The notes under the pieces: model-generated | The model's database searches: none | Seen by the model: the letters and a program-made list of their open reading frames with translations, nothing else | What the model was told of the DNA's origin: nothing | Part shown: positions 37,452 through 46,809 of the stretch, one piece after another | Layout of the letters: the number at the start of each line of letters is the position of its first letter | Position numbering within the stretch: the first letter of the stretch is position 1 | Translations under genes and position numbers: made by a program | DNA from: a virus | Taxonomy: Duplodnaviria; Caudoviricetes | IMG/VR virus record: IMGVR_UViG_3300015370_000016 | Coordinates: 1-63,165 of that record | Length of the DNA: 63,165 nt | Strand: one strand, 5' to 3'

Positions 37452-38672
37452 TTATAATTCTCTGTTTGCCAACTCTTTAGCAATTTTTTTATATGTTTCA
37501 ACCATATAGTCAACCCCATTCATATAGTCCCATGTTAAGGCATATTCAAACGGCTTCCCGTTCATTAGTTCTTTTTCAGATTCATAATTATTTAAGATAT
37601 ATAAAAGTTTTTCTTGCCAGTTTGTAACAGAATTTTTTATAAAACTTCCAAGACCTCCAATATGAAACAATTCTTTATATGCTTCTCCGTAAGATGCAAC
37701 AAAAGGAGTTTTTGTTAACATAAATTCTATTGGTTTAATCATTGATCGATATTGATCATATTCTCCTTCCAATGGAGCAATGCCAATATCAAATAAACTT
37801 GACATGAGTCTACCCCAATCTTCATTTTTCACATATGGCTGAAATAATTTTTTGTCATCTGGAATTTTTATTAAAGGCAATAACCTTTGATCACCAACAA
37901 TTAAAAGTTTTATGTCATTTCTATCATTAATGACCTTTTCTAACGCCTGAATTACACCACTATCTTTAAAGGATTGAAGATGTGATAAACTACCTCCCCA
38001 ACCTATTATTTTAAAATCTCTTTCTGTTTTTGGTATATGAATATAATTTTGTGTAACAAAATAATTAGGCATATAATATGTTGGAGACAAGTGTTTATAT
38101 TTTTTCATCATATACCTACTTGGCATAATTTGAGCATATACCATTTTTAATCCCATTTTGAATTGCCATAATGGATGAGGATAACCTATTCTTTTTAATC
38201 TTTCTTTAACTTCTTTTACTGTTTCATTTTTAAATTTATAGTATTTATCTGAATAAACATATGATCTAAGTTCTTTAATATAATCAATTTTTTCAATATC
38301 TACTTCACCTTTATTCCAAAAAGAATAAGAAGCATTTGTTTCTTCAATTCCTTCATAATAATCATCATAATTAGCAATAACAATCTTTCCTCTAACAATC
38401 CAATATGCAATTCTAGTTAAAACATCTCCAAAAAAATTTCTTTCTATTACAATAATATCTGTTTGTGATAAAGCATTATTGGCTTCAACTGTGTTTTGCT
38501 CAAATAGATGAACAGGAATTAAGGAAACGTGATGACCTGCATTTTTTAATGCTAAATATGGGATAACACAACGATAAATTGAAGTATTTAATTCGCCTGG
38601 TTTATCAGCATAGACAAATGCAAGTTTTAATGGGTTTTGTTCATTATGTTGGCTATCTTTTAACTCTTCCAA
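37452..38672 (-). CDS. GT-B fold (GT4-like) glycosyltransferase
   Basis: YR...P, DD, IGWGGS.SH, DIGIAPL...S.IK..E, PFVAS. Confidence 0.8.
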   Translation of the reverse strand: MEELKDSQHNEQNPLKLAFVYADKPGELNTSIYRCVIPYLALKNAGHHVSLIPVHLFEQNTVEANNALSQTDIIVIERNFFGDVLTRIAYWIVRGKIVIANYDDYYEGIEETNASYSFWNKGEVDIEKIDYIKELRSYVYSDKYYKFKNETVKEVKERLKRIGYPHPLWQFKMGLKMVYAQIMPSRYMMKKYKHLSPTYYMPNYFVTQNYIHIPKTERDFKIIGWGGSLSHLQSFKDSGVIQALEKVINDRNDIKLLIVGDQRLLPLIKIPDDKKLFQPYVKNEDWGRLMSSLFDIGIAPLEGEYDQYRSMIKPIEFMLTKTPFVASYGEAYKELFHIGGLGSFIKNSVTNWQEKLLYILNNYESEKELMNGKPFEYALTWDYMNGVDYMVETYKKIAKELANREL

Positions 38673-38866
38673 GGGGAATTCTCCTCATCACCTTTTACTT
38701 TTTTAGTAAATCCTTTTCCTTTATAATGAATAGAATTTAAATTATATTTTCTGTGAACATTTTTAGATCTACAATTAGGACAAATTTGATTATTGCTGAT
38801 CACAAATGGCTGAGAATTAATCTCAAAATATTTTCCACACTCGTCACAAGCAAAACTATAAATCAT
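38660..38866 (-). CDS. FmdB-like zinc-ribbon protein
   Basis: MIYSFACDECG...CPNC...YKGKGF. Confidence 0.75.
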   Translation of the reverse strand: MIYSFACDECGKYFEINSQPFVISNNQICPNCRSKNVHRKYNLNSIHYKGKGFTKKVKGDEENSPWKS

Positions 38867-39083
38867 AATTATTTCTTTCGCTATAATATTCCCTATAACA
38901 TCTTTTACAAACTGGATCTCCGTTGATAAACTGTCCATCCAATAAGTCTACCATATTAAAACAATTTTCAGTTGTACATTTTACCATTGTGGATTCATTC
39001 ATTAGTTTTTCTTGGAGTTCATCTTCGGTAGAAACATTAAAATCTTTTAGTAATTGTTTAATATCTGTTCTATTTTTTTTCAT
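38856..39083 (-). CDS. Hypothetical Cys-containing protein
   Basis: Overlapping-operon ORF. Confidence 0.55.
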   Translation of the reverse strand: MKKNRTDIKQLLKDFNVSTEDELQEKLMNESTMVKCTTENCFNMVDLLDGQFINGDPVCKRCYREYYSERNNYDL

Positions 39084-40363
39084 TCTTGTTCCTCCTTTGT
39101 TTCATATTCGCAGTATTGAATTTTAAAAAGTGGCTTAAGTCCTCTTTGAGTTAATACATTGTTCATAGCTTCAGCAACCCAAATTTGATTTTTTGCATAT
39201 TGAAAATATTTTTTATAAATTTCAGGAAGAGGAGTTGTAAAATCTCTACTGCTAGACATAGTTGATCCATCTTCTCTCCAAGTATGCCAAACTAAAGGAA
39301 CTGGATAATGATAAAAATCATATTTTAAAGAAAGTTCAAGATTCATTAAATAATCTTCATAAACTTTTACAGTTTCATCAAATGGTGGAACATTGTTAAA
39401 ACATTCTCGATTTATCATAAAACAATTTACTGGCGATATATTCATAACTAACAACAAATCTTTATTAAAATCATGTGAATAAGGAATATCTCTCCAAAAA
39501 TTTTCATATTGTCCATCATTATTTTTTCTTTGATGAATTCTTACTGAATCGCAATAGACAATTTTGAATTCTGATTTTTTATTTTCTAATAAATCAATCA
39601 TGCTTTCAAGAAACGTGGGATAAATTCCATCATCAGAATCAATAAAAGATATATATTTTCCTTGAGAATTCTTTATACCATGATTTCTAGCAGATGCCAA
39701 TCCTCCATTTTCTTTTATAAATAATTTTATTCTTTTATCATTAAATAAATCAACTACTTCTTTTGCTTCTTCTCTTCCTCCATCTTGGACAACTATAATT
39801 TCAAAATTAATGTAGATAGAATTTAATATTGATTCAATACACTTGATTAAAAAATTATTTCTATTATATGTTGGAACAATGATAGAAATCAAAGGAGTTG
39901 GGAAATTTAAATATGCAAATTCTCCAAAATATGCAAGTGCTTTTTTATCATAATCTTTTGCTGCTTCTTCGGGTGTCAATCGTGAGCTAATATATTCAGT
40001 CTTTCCATTATATGTTATGGTTGCTATATATCGATTCCCGTCTTTTCTAACTCCTTTATAACCTATTTTGTTGTTTGTATAAGGAGTTTTATTAAAATTA
40101 TTTTGTTGATGGGTAGCTAATCTGAGATTGTTTTTTCTATTATCCAAGCCATTACCGTTGATATGATCTATTTTATTTTCTTTTTTTGCATCCATAATTA
40201 ACCTGTGCATATATCCAACTTTAGAATTTCTAGCATAAATTTTTTTAGACTTAGGAGAAGAATTTTCGTTCCATTTATATTTAGAAATTTTTTCAAAATC
40301 TTTTTCATCTACTATGGCATAATTTCCGTTTTTAAAAAATACTTTTAAAGACCTTTCTTCCAC
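39080..40363 (-). CDS. Fusion of HNH-AP2 endonuclease (aa ~1-155) and glycosyltransferase family 2
   Basis: DHINGNGLDNR..NLR, EEAA..YD..A...FGEFA.LNFP, then LISIIVPTYNR, DSDD, EDY. Confidence 0.85.
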   Translation of the reverse strand: MEERSLKVFFKNGNYAIVDEKDFEKISKYKWNENSSPKSKKIYARNSKVGYMHRLIMDAKKENKIDHINGNGLDNRKNNLRLATHQQNNFNKTPYTNNKIGYKGVRKDGNRYIATITYNGKTEYISSRLTPEEAAKDYDKKALAYFGEFAYLNFPTPLISIIVPTYNRNNFLIKCIESILNSIYINFEIIVVQDGGREEAKEVVDLFNDKRIKLFIKENGGLASARNHGIKNSQGKYISFIDSDDGIYPTFLESMIDLLENKKSEFKIVYCDSVRIHQRKNNDGQYENFWRDIPYSHDFNKDLLLVMNISPVNCFMINRECFNNVPPFDETVKVYEDYLMNLELSLKYDFYHYPVPLVWHTWREDGSTMSSSRDFTTPLPEIYKKYFQYAKNQIWVAEAMNNVLTQRGLKPLFKIQYCEYETKEEQE

Positions 40364-41187
40364 TCATTCCACCACCTTTCATTTTCAGATTTCGATAAAG
40401 ACATAAAGTTTTCGGGAACATCTTGCAAAATTCTATTGGCTTCTAATTGAAATTGATCAGGATAAAGTTCAGGATATTTTTTTATAAAATAAGCATAAAA
40501 TAATTTTTGTGCTTCAGCAGTAAACCCCGAATGAATAGCTGAGTCTTCATGTACATAATAATTAAATAAAACTTCGGGAACTAGTTTTCCATACCAGCCT
40601 TTTCTGCCTAGACGAATAGTCATTTCATAATCTTCGAGATAAGACCAATTTTCAAGATTAAATCCTCCGGCTTCAATAAACGCCTTTTTTCTAATAAGAC
40701 TGCAATAAGAAATGAAATTTCCAACATTGATTAATTTATAAAAATTATATTCAGGTTGTGAAAATACTTTATTTTCTGATCCAAAGTATCTTGTATTAAC
40801 ATAGGCAAATCCAATTTGAGGATTTTCCCGTAATGTTTTTACTGTTTTTGTTAAAAAAAGTTCTTCGATATTATCATCAGGATCTAAAAATAAAATAAAT
40901 TCTCCCTGGCTTTTGTTTACTCCTTCATTTCTTGTTAGGGTTAGTCCTAGATTTTTATTGTTTCTATGAATAATAATGTTGGTTTTTGTATTTTCTGAAT
41001 GTTGATTTACGACATCTAACATCTTTTTATATTCTTCTTCTTTGCTATAATCATCTACAATAATAATTTCAAATTTTTTATATTTTTGTTTTAGAATACT
41101 CTCTAAACATTGATTAGTATAGTTGCTATAATTATAGTGTGGAACAATAATGGAAACCAGGTTCTTTTTATAATGCATATTTTTCAT
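40345..41187 (-). CDS. Glycosyltransferase family 2
   Basis: VSIIVPHYN, DDYS, DPDD, EDY. Confidence 0.9.
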   Translation of the reverse strand: MKNMHYKKNLVSIIVPHYNYSNYTNQCLESILKQKYKKFEIIIVDDYSKEEEYKKMLDVVNQHSENTKTNIIIHRNNKNLGLTLTRNEGVNKSQGEFILFLDPDDNIEELFLTKTVKTLRENPQIGFAYVNTRYFGSENKVFSQPEYNFYKLINVGNFISYCSLIRKKAFIEAGGFNLENWSYLEDYEMTIRLGRKGWYGKLVPEVLFNYYVHEDSAIHSGFTAEAQKLFYAYFIKKYPELYPDQFQLEANRILQDVPENFMSLSKSENERWWNEWKKGL

Positions 41188-42094
41188 ACTCCTCTAATGT
41201 GTATAGTGCTACTTCTTGATGACATCCGTTGCTTACAAATCCATTAAACCTCTCTGAATCAATTCTAAAGCCATTTTTATACATTGTAAGCATTGATTCT
41301 TGAGAAAACATATTCATATTATTAGATCTATTATTTAAAGCCACATTCTGTACTTTATTCATTGGAGCACAAAAAGCAACACTTTTATAATACGACAATA
41401 GTTTTGGCTTACTATAAAATTGCCACAGGTTAGCATATAGTTGTGACTCTAATTCATTAGGATTTTTATATATTGAATTTTCTAGTAGATAACGAATATC
41501 TTTCAGTCGATAAATACTTGAACTAACCTCTAAGGGGTATTTGAAATCTAATTGTGATGTAATCCAATCAAAGGCAAGAACATAAAAATCAACTTCTGGA
41601 AGAAATCCTTTATTCATAATTTCAAATATAGAAGAAAAATTTATAACATAGTTATGTCCAACAGATTTTGGAATTTCCTGTTCTTTTTTTAATGGATAAC
41701 AATTTTTTGTATTTTTCCCTAATCTTAAACTAAATCCAATTGCATCAATATTATATTCTAATAAACTCTTTATTTGTGATAAATCAAATGGTCTAGTAAA
41801 TATATTATCATCCACAAGGAACATGATATACTCATAGTTTTTAATAAAGTTGACAAAAGACATTTTGAATGATGGAAATTTTTTTTCATAAATAAACTTA
41901 ATATTATTTCTTCCTTTTTTCCCTTGCTCTTTTATGAGTTCATTATATGATTTTCCATATTCTTGATCATAATTATACACAACATAAATATCAGTAGTGT
42001 TTGGTTGCATACAATGTAGATAAAAACTATTTAATAGTAAGTCTAATTGTAATGGTCTGTTTTTTGAGAAGATTAGTGTTGTGATATTATTCAT
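41168..42094 (-). CDS. Putative GT-A glycosyltransferase
   Basis: IFSKNRP.QL...L.S, FLVDD, SLRLG, YP, PN.LE. Confidence 0.65.
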   Translation of the reverse strand: MNNITTLIFSKNRPLQLDLLLNSFYLHCMQPNTTDIYVVYNYDQEYGKSYNELIKEQGKKGRNNIKFIYEKKFPSFKMSFVNFIKNYEYIMFLVDDNIFTRPFDLSQIKSLLEYNIDAIGFSLRLGKNTKNCYPLKKEQEIPKSVGHNYVINFSSIFEIMNKGFLPEVDFYVLAFDWITSQLDFKYPLEVSSSIYRLKDIRYLLENSIYKNPNELESQLYANLWQFYSKPKLLSYYKSVAFCAPMNKVQNVALNNRSNNMNMFSQESMLTMYKNGFRIDSERFNGFVSNGCHQEVALYTLEEYEKYAL

Positions 42095-42785
42095 GTTTCC
42101 ATCCTAATTTTTCTAATCTATTTTTTGTTGCAATAAATCTATTTTTATCATATTCTATTCCAACATAGTTTCTATTATTTAAGAAACTCCATTCTGCAAG
42201 AACCCCTGTTCCCATAAAATTATCAACAATAAAATCTTCTTCATTCGAATAAGCATCCATTATTCTTTGCATAAGAGCTAAAGGTTTTTGCCACTTAAAA
42301 AGTTTTCCTGTTTCTGGATCTTTAATTCTTTCTTTACTGGTAGTTGTTAAACAAATATCTGACCAAAAAGCTGTAGATGTTTTTGTTTGCCTTCCACTAG
42401 GATTTAATTTTTTATTCATAGTGGCTTTAGGAACTTGAATTTTGTCTGAATTAAAAACATTATGATTACCCTTTGAAAATACAACAATATCATCAAAACA
42501 TTGATGCATTCTGTCCTTCGGGTGGTTTCCCCATTCGTTTTTCCAAACAATATGATTTACAAAATTTGCTCCAATATTGTATTTCATAAAATATCCAAAT
42601 TCAAAAAGCGAATGAAAATCTGTCATAGCAATAAAAAATCTGCCTGGTTTTACATATTCCCAATATTTTTCTACCCATTGAAAGTTAGTATCTTCGTAAA
42701 TATAGTCTGAAAAAATAATATCTACAGATTCTTTTTCTAGTTGAACATTCATATTGTCTTCGTTTATAATTTTAACTTTGTGCAT
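42087..42785 (-). CDS. N6A/N4C DNA methyltransferase-like protein with variant motif IV (DYIY)
   Basis: QKP..L..RI, DNFMGTG, GIE; SDYIY in place of DPPY. Confidence 0.75.
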   Translation of the reverse strand: MHKVKIINEDNMNVQLEKESVDIIFSDYIYEDTNFQWVEKYWEYVKPGRFFIAMTDFHSLFEFGYFMKYNIGANFVNHIVWKNEWGNHPKDRMHQCFDDIVVFSKGNHNVFNSDKIQVPKATMNKKLNPSGRQTKTSTAFWSDICLTTTSKERIKDPETGKLFKWQKPLALMQRIMDAYSNEEDFIVDNFMGTGVLAEWSFLNNRNYVGIEYDKNRFIATKNRLEKLGWKHE

Positions 42786-42841
42786 TCATTTCCTTTCCAA
42801 TAAAACCAATAATTTATTTGTTTTTTATAAAAAACAATTTG

Positions 42842-44041
42842 TTAAATATTAATTCTAACTGGATGTAAACCGCATCCTCTATCCTGTTGCTCGAAAGCGT
42901 TCGGGAATACTTTTTTAATTATTTGATATGATCCATTTAGATCAGCGTTAATTTTAATTCCATCATTACTTATAAATAAACCTCTTTTCTTTCTTCTAGC
43001 TCTATCATAGTTTTCTTTTATCGGTAATTCGTTGTCTAAGAAACTTGTTCCAGAAGTATAAGACTCTTCTGTTTCTATAAAGTTTATTCCTTGGTTTTCA
43101 CATTTGTATTTTAATTTTGATATAAATTTTTGATAAGGGATATATTCAAAATTTTGATTATTTTTCTTACCCATTTTAGAAAGTTGTTTCCATCCATCAT
43201 TTTTACCAATAACTATTGTATCAATATCATTTTGTAAGCAATAGTCAATTATGTGTTTACTTGAGCAATGCATAAAATAATCTATTTTTCTTTGATGTTT
43301 ATCGGTTATGTTTTGTAATCTATTGCACCATTTTGATTCTATTTCTTTTTGAATTTTAGATTTTAATTTATTATAGTTTTGATTCATAGATTTAATTATT
43401 CTACCATTAATAATAATTGATTGTAAACCGATATTATTTGATATAGTTGCAAAATTATTAATTCCAAGATCAATACCTATAATATTTTTATTTTCTAATG
43501 AATTTTTTATTCCTTCAGTTTCATATATGACTTCCATATAATAACATGCTCCAATAGGAATAAAACGAATTTGCATTAATTTACCTTGAACTTTTGTTTT
43601 TATACCTCTAAATTTATTAAGTGGTTTCCAAGAAAAATATATTTCTCCATTTATTATTTTGCATTGAATATTTTTTATCATTAATATAGATCGTCCATTT
43701 TTATTCTTATATTTTGGCAAAGAAGGTTTTCCTAAATATCCAAATGCTTTCTTTTTAGACCAATTTTTAATTCCTATAAAAAAAGATTTCCAATTTTTAT
43801 CCAAAAGAGTCAAAGTGTTTTGGCTTGCCTGAGAACCTAACTCATAATAAATCAAATTGTCTCTCATCATTCTATCTAATTCATAGTATCTTATCCATTT
43901 TCTATTGTTAATAAATTCCTGTCTGACAATATAATTTGCAGCATTATAAAGATTTTTTGCTTGAAAACAATAGTAATCTATCGTTTTCCACATTGGGTTT
44001 GATTTTTTAATTAAATGTCTTTCAGATCTTAATATAATCAA
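42842..44041 (-). CDS. tnpB: TnpB RNA-guided endonuclease (IS200/IS605-type), no tnpA
   Basis: KNLYN, GIDLGINN, EESYTS, INADLNG; likely TTG start at 44041 after AAAGGAG. Confidence 0.9.
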   Translation of the reverse strand: MIILRSERHLIKKSNPMWKTIDYYCFQAKNLYNAANYIVRQEFINNRKWIRYYELDRMMRDNLIYYELGSQASQNTLTLLDKNWKSFFIGIKNWSKKKAFGYLGKPSLPKYKNKNGRSILMIKNIQCKIINGEIYFSWKPLNKFRGIKTKVQGKLMQIRFIPIGACYYMEVIYETEGIKNSLENKNIIGIDLGINNFATISNNIGLQSIIINGRIIKSMNQNYNKLKSKIQKEIESKWCNRLQNITDKHQRKIDYFMHCSSKHIIDYCLQNDIDTIVIGKNDGWKQLSKMGKKNNQNFEYIPYQKFISKLKYKCENQGINFIETEESYTSGTSFLDNELPIKENYDRARRKKRGLFISNDGIKINADLNGSYQIIKKVFPNAFEQQDRGCGLHPVRINI

Positions 44042-44073
44042 ATATATAACTCCTTTCAATAAAATAAAATATT

Positions 44074-45027
44074 TTATTTAATATTTTCTTTCATCCAATC
44101 AACAACCCACATACAACCCTGAGATAAAGTAATTTCTGGTTGCCACCAGGTATATTTTCTAAATTTTTCAGCATCCAAAAACGTTCTATAAACCTCCCCT
44201 TTTCGTTCTGGTTTATTGATAGGGTTCTTTTTATATCCGGTAATAACTTTTAATGTTTCATAAACCAAATCAATTGTAGTTCCTTGTCCCCATCCTAAAT
44301 TATAAATCCCTGAAGGTATATTATTACTCTCTAATGCCATTAAATTAGCTCTAGCAATATCTTTTACATAAACAAAATCCCTACTTTGCAAACCATTCCC
44401 ATAAATAATTACTTCTTTATTTTTTAACATTTGTTTTGCAAAAATAGATATTACACCTGCCTCAGTTGAAGGATCTTGTCTTTCTCCATAAATATTAGGA
44501 TAGCGAAAAGAAATATAGTCCAATCCATATTGATCATGATAAAAACTTAAATAATGTTCTACGGTATGTTTTGAAATACCATAAGGTGAAATTGGATTTA
44601 CAGGATGGTTTTCATCACAGGGAACATAACATGGATTTCCATAAGCTGTTCCACCAGAACCAGCATAAATAAACTTTACAATCTTAAACTCTTTAGACAG
44701 TTCTAGTAAGTTTAAAGTTCCAACAACATTTACTAAAACATCTGAAACAGGATCACTCATAGATTTTATTACTGTGGCTTGTGCTGCATGATGAATCACA
44801 TAATCAGGACGAGTTTCTTCAAATACATCTTGTAATATTGTTTTAGAAGAAATATCACAAAGATAAAAATCTGCTTTCTTGTTTATATTTTCTAATTTTC
44901 CTGAACTTAAATCATCTACTACAATTACATCATAATCGTTTTCAATTAGCATATCGACAATGTGTGATCCAATAAATCCTGCTCCTCCTGTTACCAAAAC
45001 TTTATTTAATCCTTTTTTTACTTCCAT
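44074..45027 (-). CDS. NAD-dependent NDP-sugar epimerase/dehydratase (GalE-like)
   Basis: TGGAGFIGSH, YGISK, RY.N.YG, RDFVYV. Confidence 0.9.
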   Translation of the reverse strand: MEVKKGLNKVLVTGGAGFIGSHIVDMLIENDYDVIVVDDLSSGKLENINKKADFYLCDISSKTILQDVFEETRPDYVIHHAAQATVIKSMSDPVSDVLVNVVGTLNLLELSKEFKIVKFIYAGSGGTAYGNPCYVPCDENHPVNPISPYGISKHTVEHYLSFYHDQYGLDYISFRYPNIYGERQDPSTEAGVISIFAKQMLKNKEVIIYGNGLQSRDFVYVKDIARANLMALESNNIPSGIYNLGWGQGTTIDLVYETLKVITGYKKNPINKPERKGEVYRTFLDAEKFRKYTWWQPEITLSQGCMWVVDWMKENIK

Positions 45028-45061
45028 ATACCTCCTAATAAAAACAAAATTCATTATTTAA

Positions 45062-45280
45062 TTATTTATATTCCAAATTTTTTAATTGATTTTGTAATTT
45101 AATTAACTTTTTTTTAGTATCATCTACTTTATTTTTAAAATATATAATGGCATCTTTGGATTTTGTGCCACCCATATTATCATAAAATCCAAGACAAATA
45201 TTTAATGACAATTCAGCATCATATAGATTTTTTTCTTCTTTGGTAATTGATTCAATTAAAATGTCTTTAAGATTTGTCAT
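45062..45280 (-). CDS. Hypothetical protein
   Basis: AAAGGAG RBS. Confidence 0.6.
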   Translation of the reverse strand: MTNLKDILIESITKEEKNLYDAELSLNICLGFYDNMGGTKSKDAIIYFKNKVDDTKKKLIKLQNQLKNLEYK

Positions 45281-45322
45281 TGTTCTCCTTTTCTTATTAT
45301 AAACAAAAATATGCGCTTAAAC

Positions 45323-45351
45323 ATTTTAACTTATTAATTGATAAATGTCAA
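45323..45351 (-). promoter_or_regulatory. Promoter facing the epimerase/glycosyltransferase locus
   Basis: TTGACA-N17-TAAAAT. Confidence 0.75.
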
Positions 45352-45681
45352 TTATTTTTCCAATAATAATTTTTTTACATAACCGGACAACTCATTGTTT
45401 ACTTTAATAATAATATATGCTGGAGAATTTACTTTATCCTCATTATCATTATTAAATCCTGGTAAGATAATAATATTTCTACTTTCTCCCATTGTTTCCA
45501 TAATTTTCAAAAATGGATTCAATGCTTGAGGATATAGAACAAATCCTCCAAAATCTTCAATATTATATTTATAATCAATTCCTAGATTCATATAGAATCT
45601 AACGGCTTCTCCAACATTTGTTTTAAAATTATTCTTATAACACAAATCGTAATTAATTCTTATTTCCATTACCTTTACCAT
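45352..45681 (-). CDS. Hypothetical protein inside the inverted repeat
   Basis: 109-aa ORF with AGAAAGG RBS. Confidence 0.6.
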   Translation of the reverse strand: MVKVMEIRINYDLCYKNNFKTNVGEAVRFYMNLGIDYKYNIEDFGGFVLYPQALNPFLKIMETMGESRNIIILPGFNNDNEDKVNSPAYIIIKVNNELSGYVKKLLLEK

Positions 45682-45762
45682 AACCTTTCTTATTTTTATT
45701 TTTTTTTATTGTTTAAGCGCATATATTTAATTTAAATAAAACTAAAATTTCATTTATTTTTA

Positions 45763-46035
45763 TTATAATTTTTTATCCTTTCCATACATCATTATATGTT
45801 GTCTAGCTAGGGCAATCTCAAGCTGTTTTTTCCAAACTTCCCAATTAGTTTCTTTTCCCTTTCTCTCGGCAATCATAAAAGCAGAACGTAGCAAATCGTT
45901 GCACTCTTTAATTTCATATATTAGGCGTTCGAGATCGTCCAATATTCCAAGTGCAATTTGACCAGATACGGTAGCTTTATCATTACCAATAACTTTCCTT
46001 GCTCCATCCATCCATTCTTTAGTAAAATCTTTCAT
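45763..46035 (-). CDS. Hypothetical protein
   Basis: ATGA-coupled ORF. Confidence 0.6.
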   Translation of the reverse strand: MKDFTKEWMDGARKVIGNDKATVSGQIALGILDDLERLIYEIKECNDLLRSAFMIAERKGKETNWEVWKKQLEIALARQHIMMYGKDKKL

Positions 46036-46241
46036 AATATACCTTTCTTTTCTTTCATCATTCGATCATGCACAGCGCGCAGAGCATTTCCTATTTCTTC
46101 TGGACTTTTTTGTGGTTGATTTACATAAGTTAATTTTCCGCTACTTAATTTTAAATATCCTTCGTAACCCTCTGCTAATGCGCAAATATATTCCAGATCA
46201 TCTTGCGATATATATCCATTTTTAGTTTCTTCCATTCTCAT
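46032..46241 (-). CDS. Hypothetical protein
   Basis: Packed ORF. Confidence 0.55.
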   Translation of the reverse strand: MRMEETKNGYISQDDLEYICALAEGYEGYLKLSSGKLTYVNQPQKSPEEIGNALRAVHDRMMKEKKGIL

Positions 46242-46243
46242 CC

Positions 46244-46468
46244 TTATAACTTAAACATTTTTCTTGCTTTTATATCAAAATTTGGATTATCACCCCGAAT
46301 AGATAATTCTTCATAATATTTTTCTATTGCCCTATTACCATCTAATATCGCTTGCTCTTTTGATTTTACAAATTGTGTCATAACGTAGTGGGGGTGATGA
46401 CTTATGCATCTCCATCCTCTTCTTGTGTGCTGGATTATATATTCTTTATTTTTAATTTCGTAATTCAT
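46244..46468 (-). CDS. Hypothetical protein
   Basis: Packed ORF. Confidence 0.55.
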   Translation of the reverse strand: MNYEIKNKEYIIQHTRRGWRCISHHPHYVMTQFVKSKEQAILDGNRAIEKYYEELSIRGDNPNFDIKARKMFKL

Positions 46469-46670
46469 TTTTGGTTAGTTCCTGCATTTGGTAAAGAAGA
46501 ATTTTATCTAATTTCTTTTTTGATATATTGTCCTTATCCCTATATCTACATGATATTACAGGCGTAGTTTCTCCTAATTTAAAAATATAATATCCGCACA
46601 TATTAAATTTCTTTGAAAAAAATATTGTTGCCTCATATGGGTAAAACAATCTTGCATTTTTTAAATTCAT
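46452..46670 (-). CDS. Hypothetical protein
   Basis: Packed ORF. Confidence 0.5.
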   Translation of the reverse strand: MNLKNARLFYPYEATIFFSKKFNMCGYYIFKLGETTPVISCRYRDKDNISKKKLDKILLYQMQELTKNELRN

Positions 46671-46809
46671 TTTATTTACTCACAAAAAAATTATAGGAAA
46701 ATTCTTTGTCCCAATCATCTGTAGGATTTGATTTTGATTCAAATCCAACAACTGTAACAATATGAAAAAAGTCAGTCATATTTTATTTTCTCCTAATAAA
46801 ACCATCATT

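Larger units (their letters stand above)
45309..45724. repeat. Perfect 15-bp inverted repeat ATATGCGCTTAAACA flanking an ORF and a promoter
   Basis: 45309-45323 and 45710-45724 are exact reverse complements. Confidence 0.9.

Noticed and set aside
15412-45055. Palindrome look-alikes with 5- or 7-bp spacers (near 15414, 30068, 44059, 45038)
   Set aside because: They do not fit the 6-bp spacer and were excluded from the count; they may be degenerate copies or chance.
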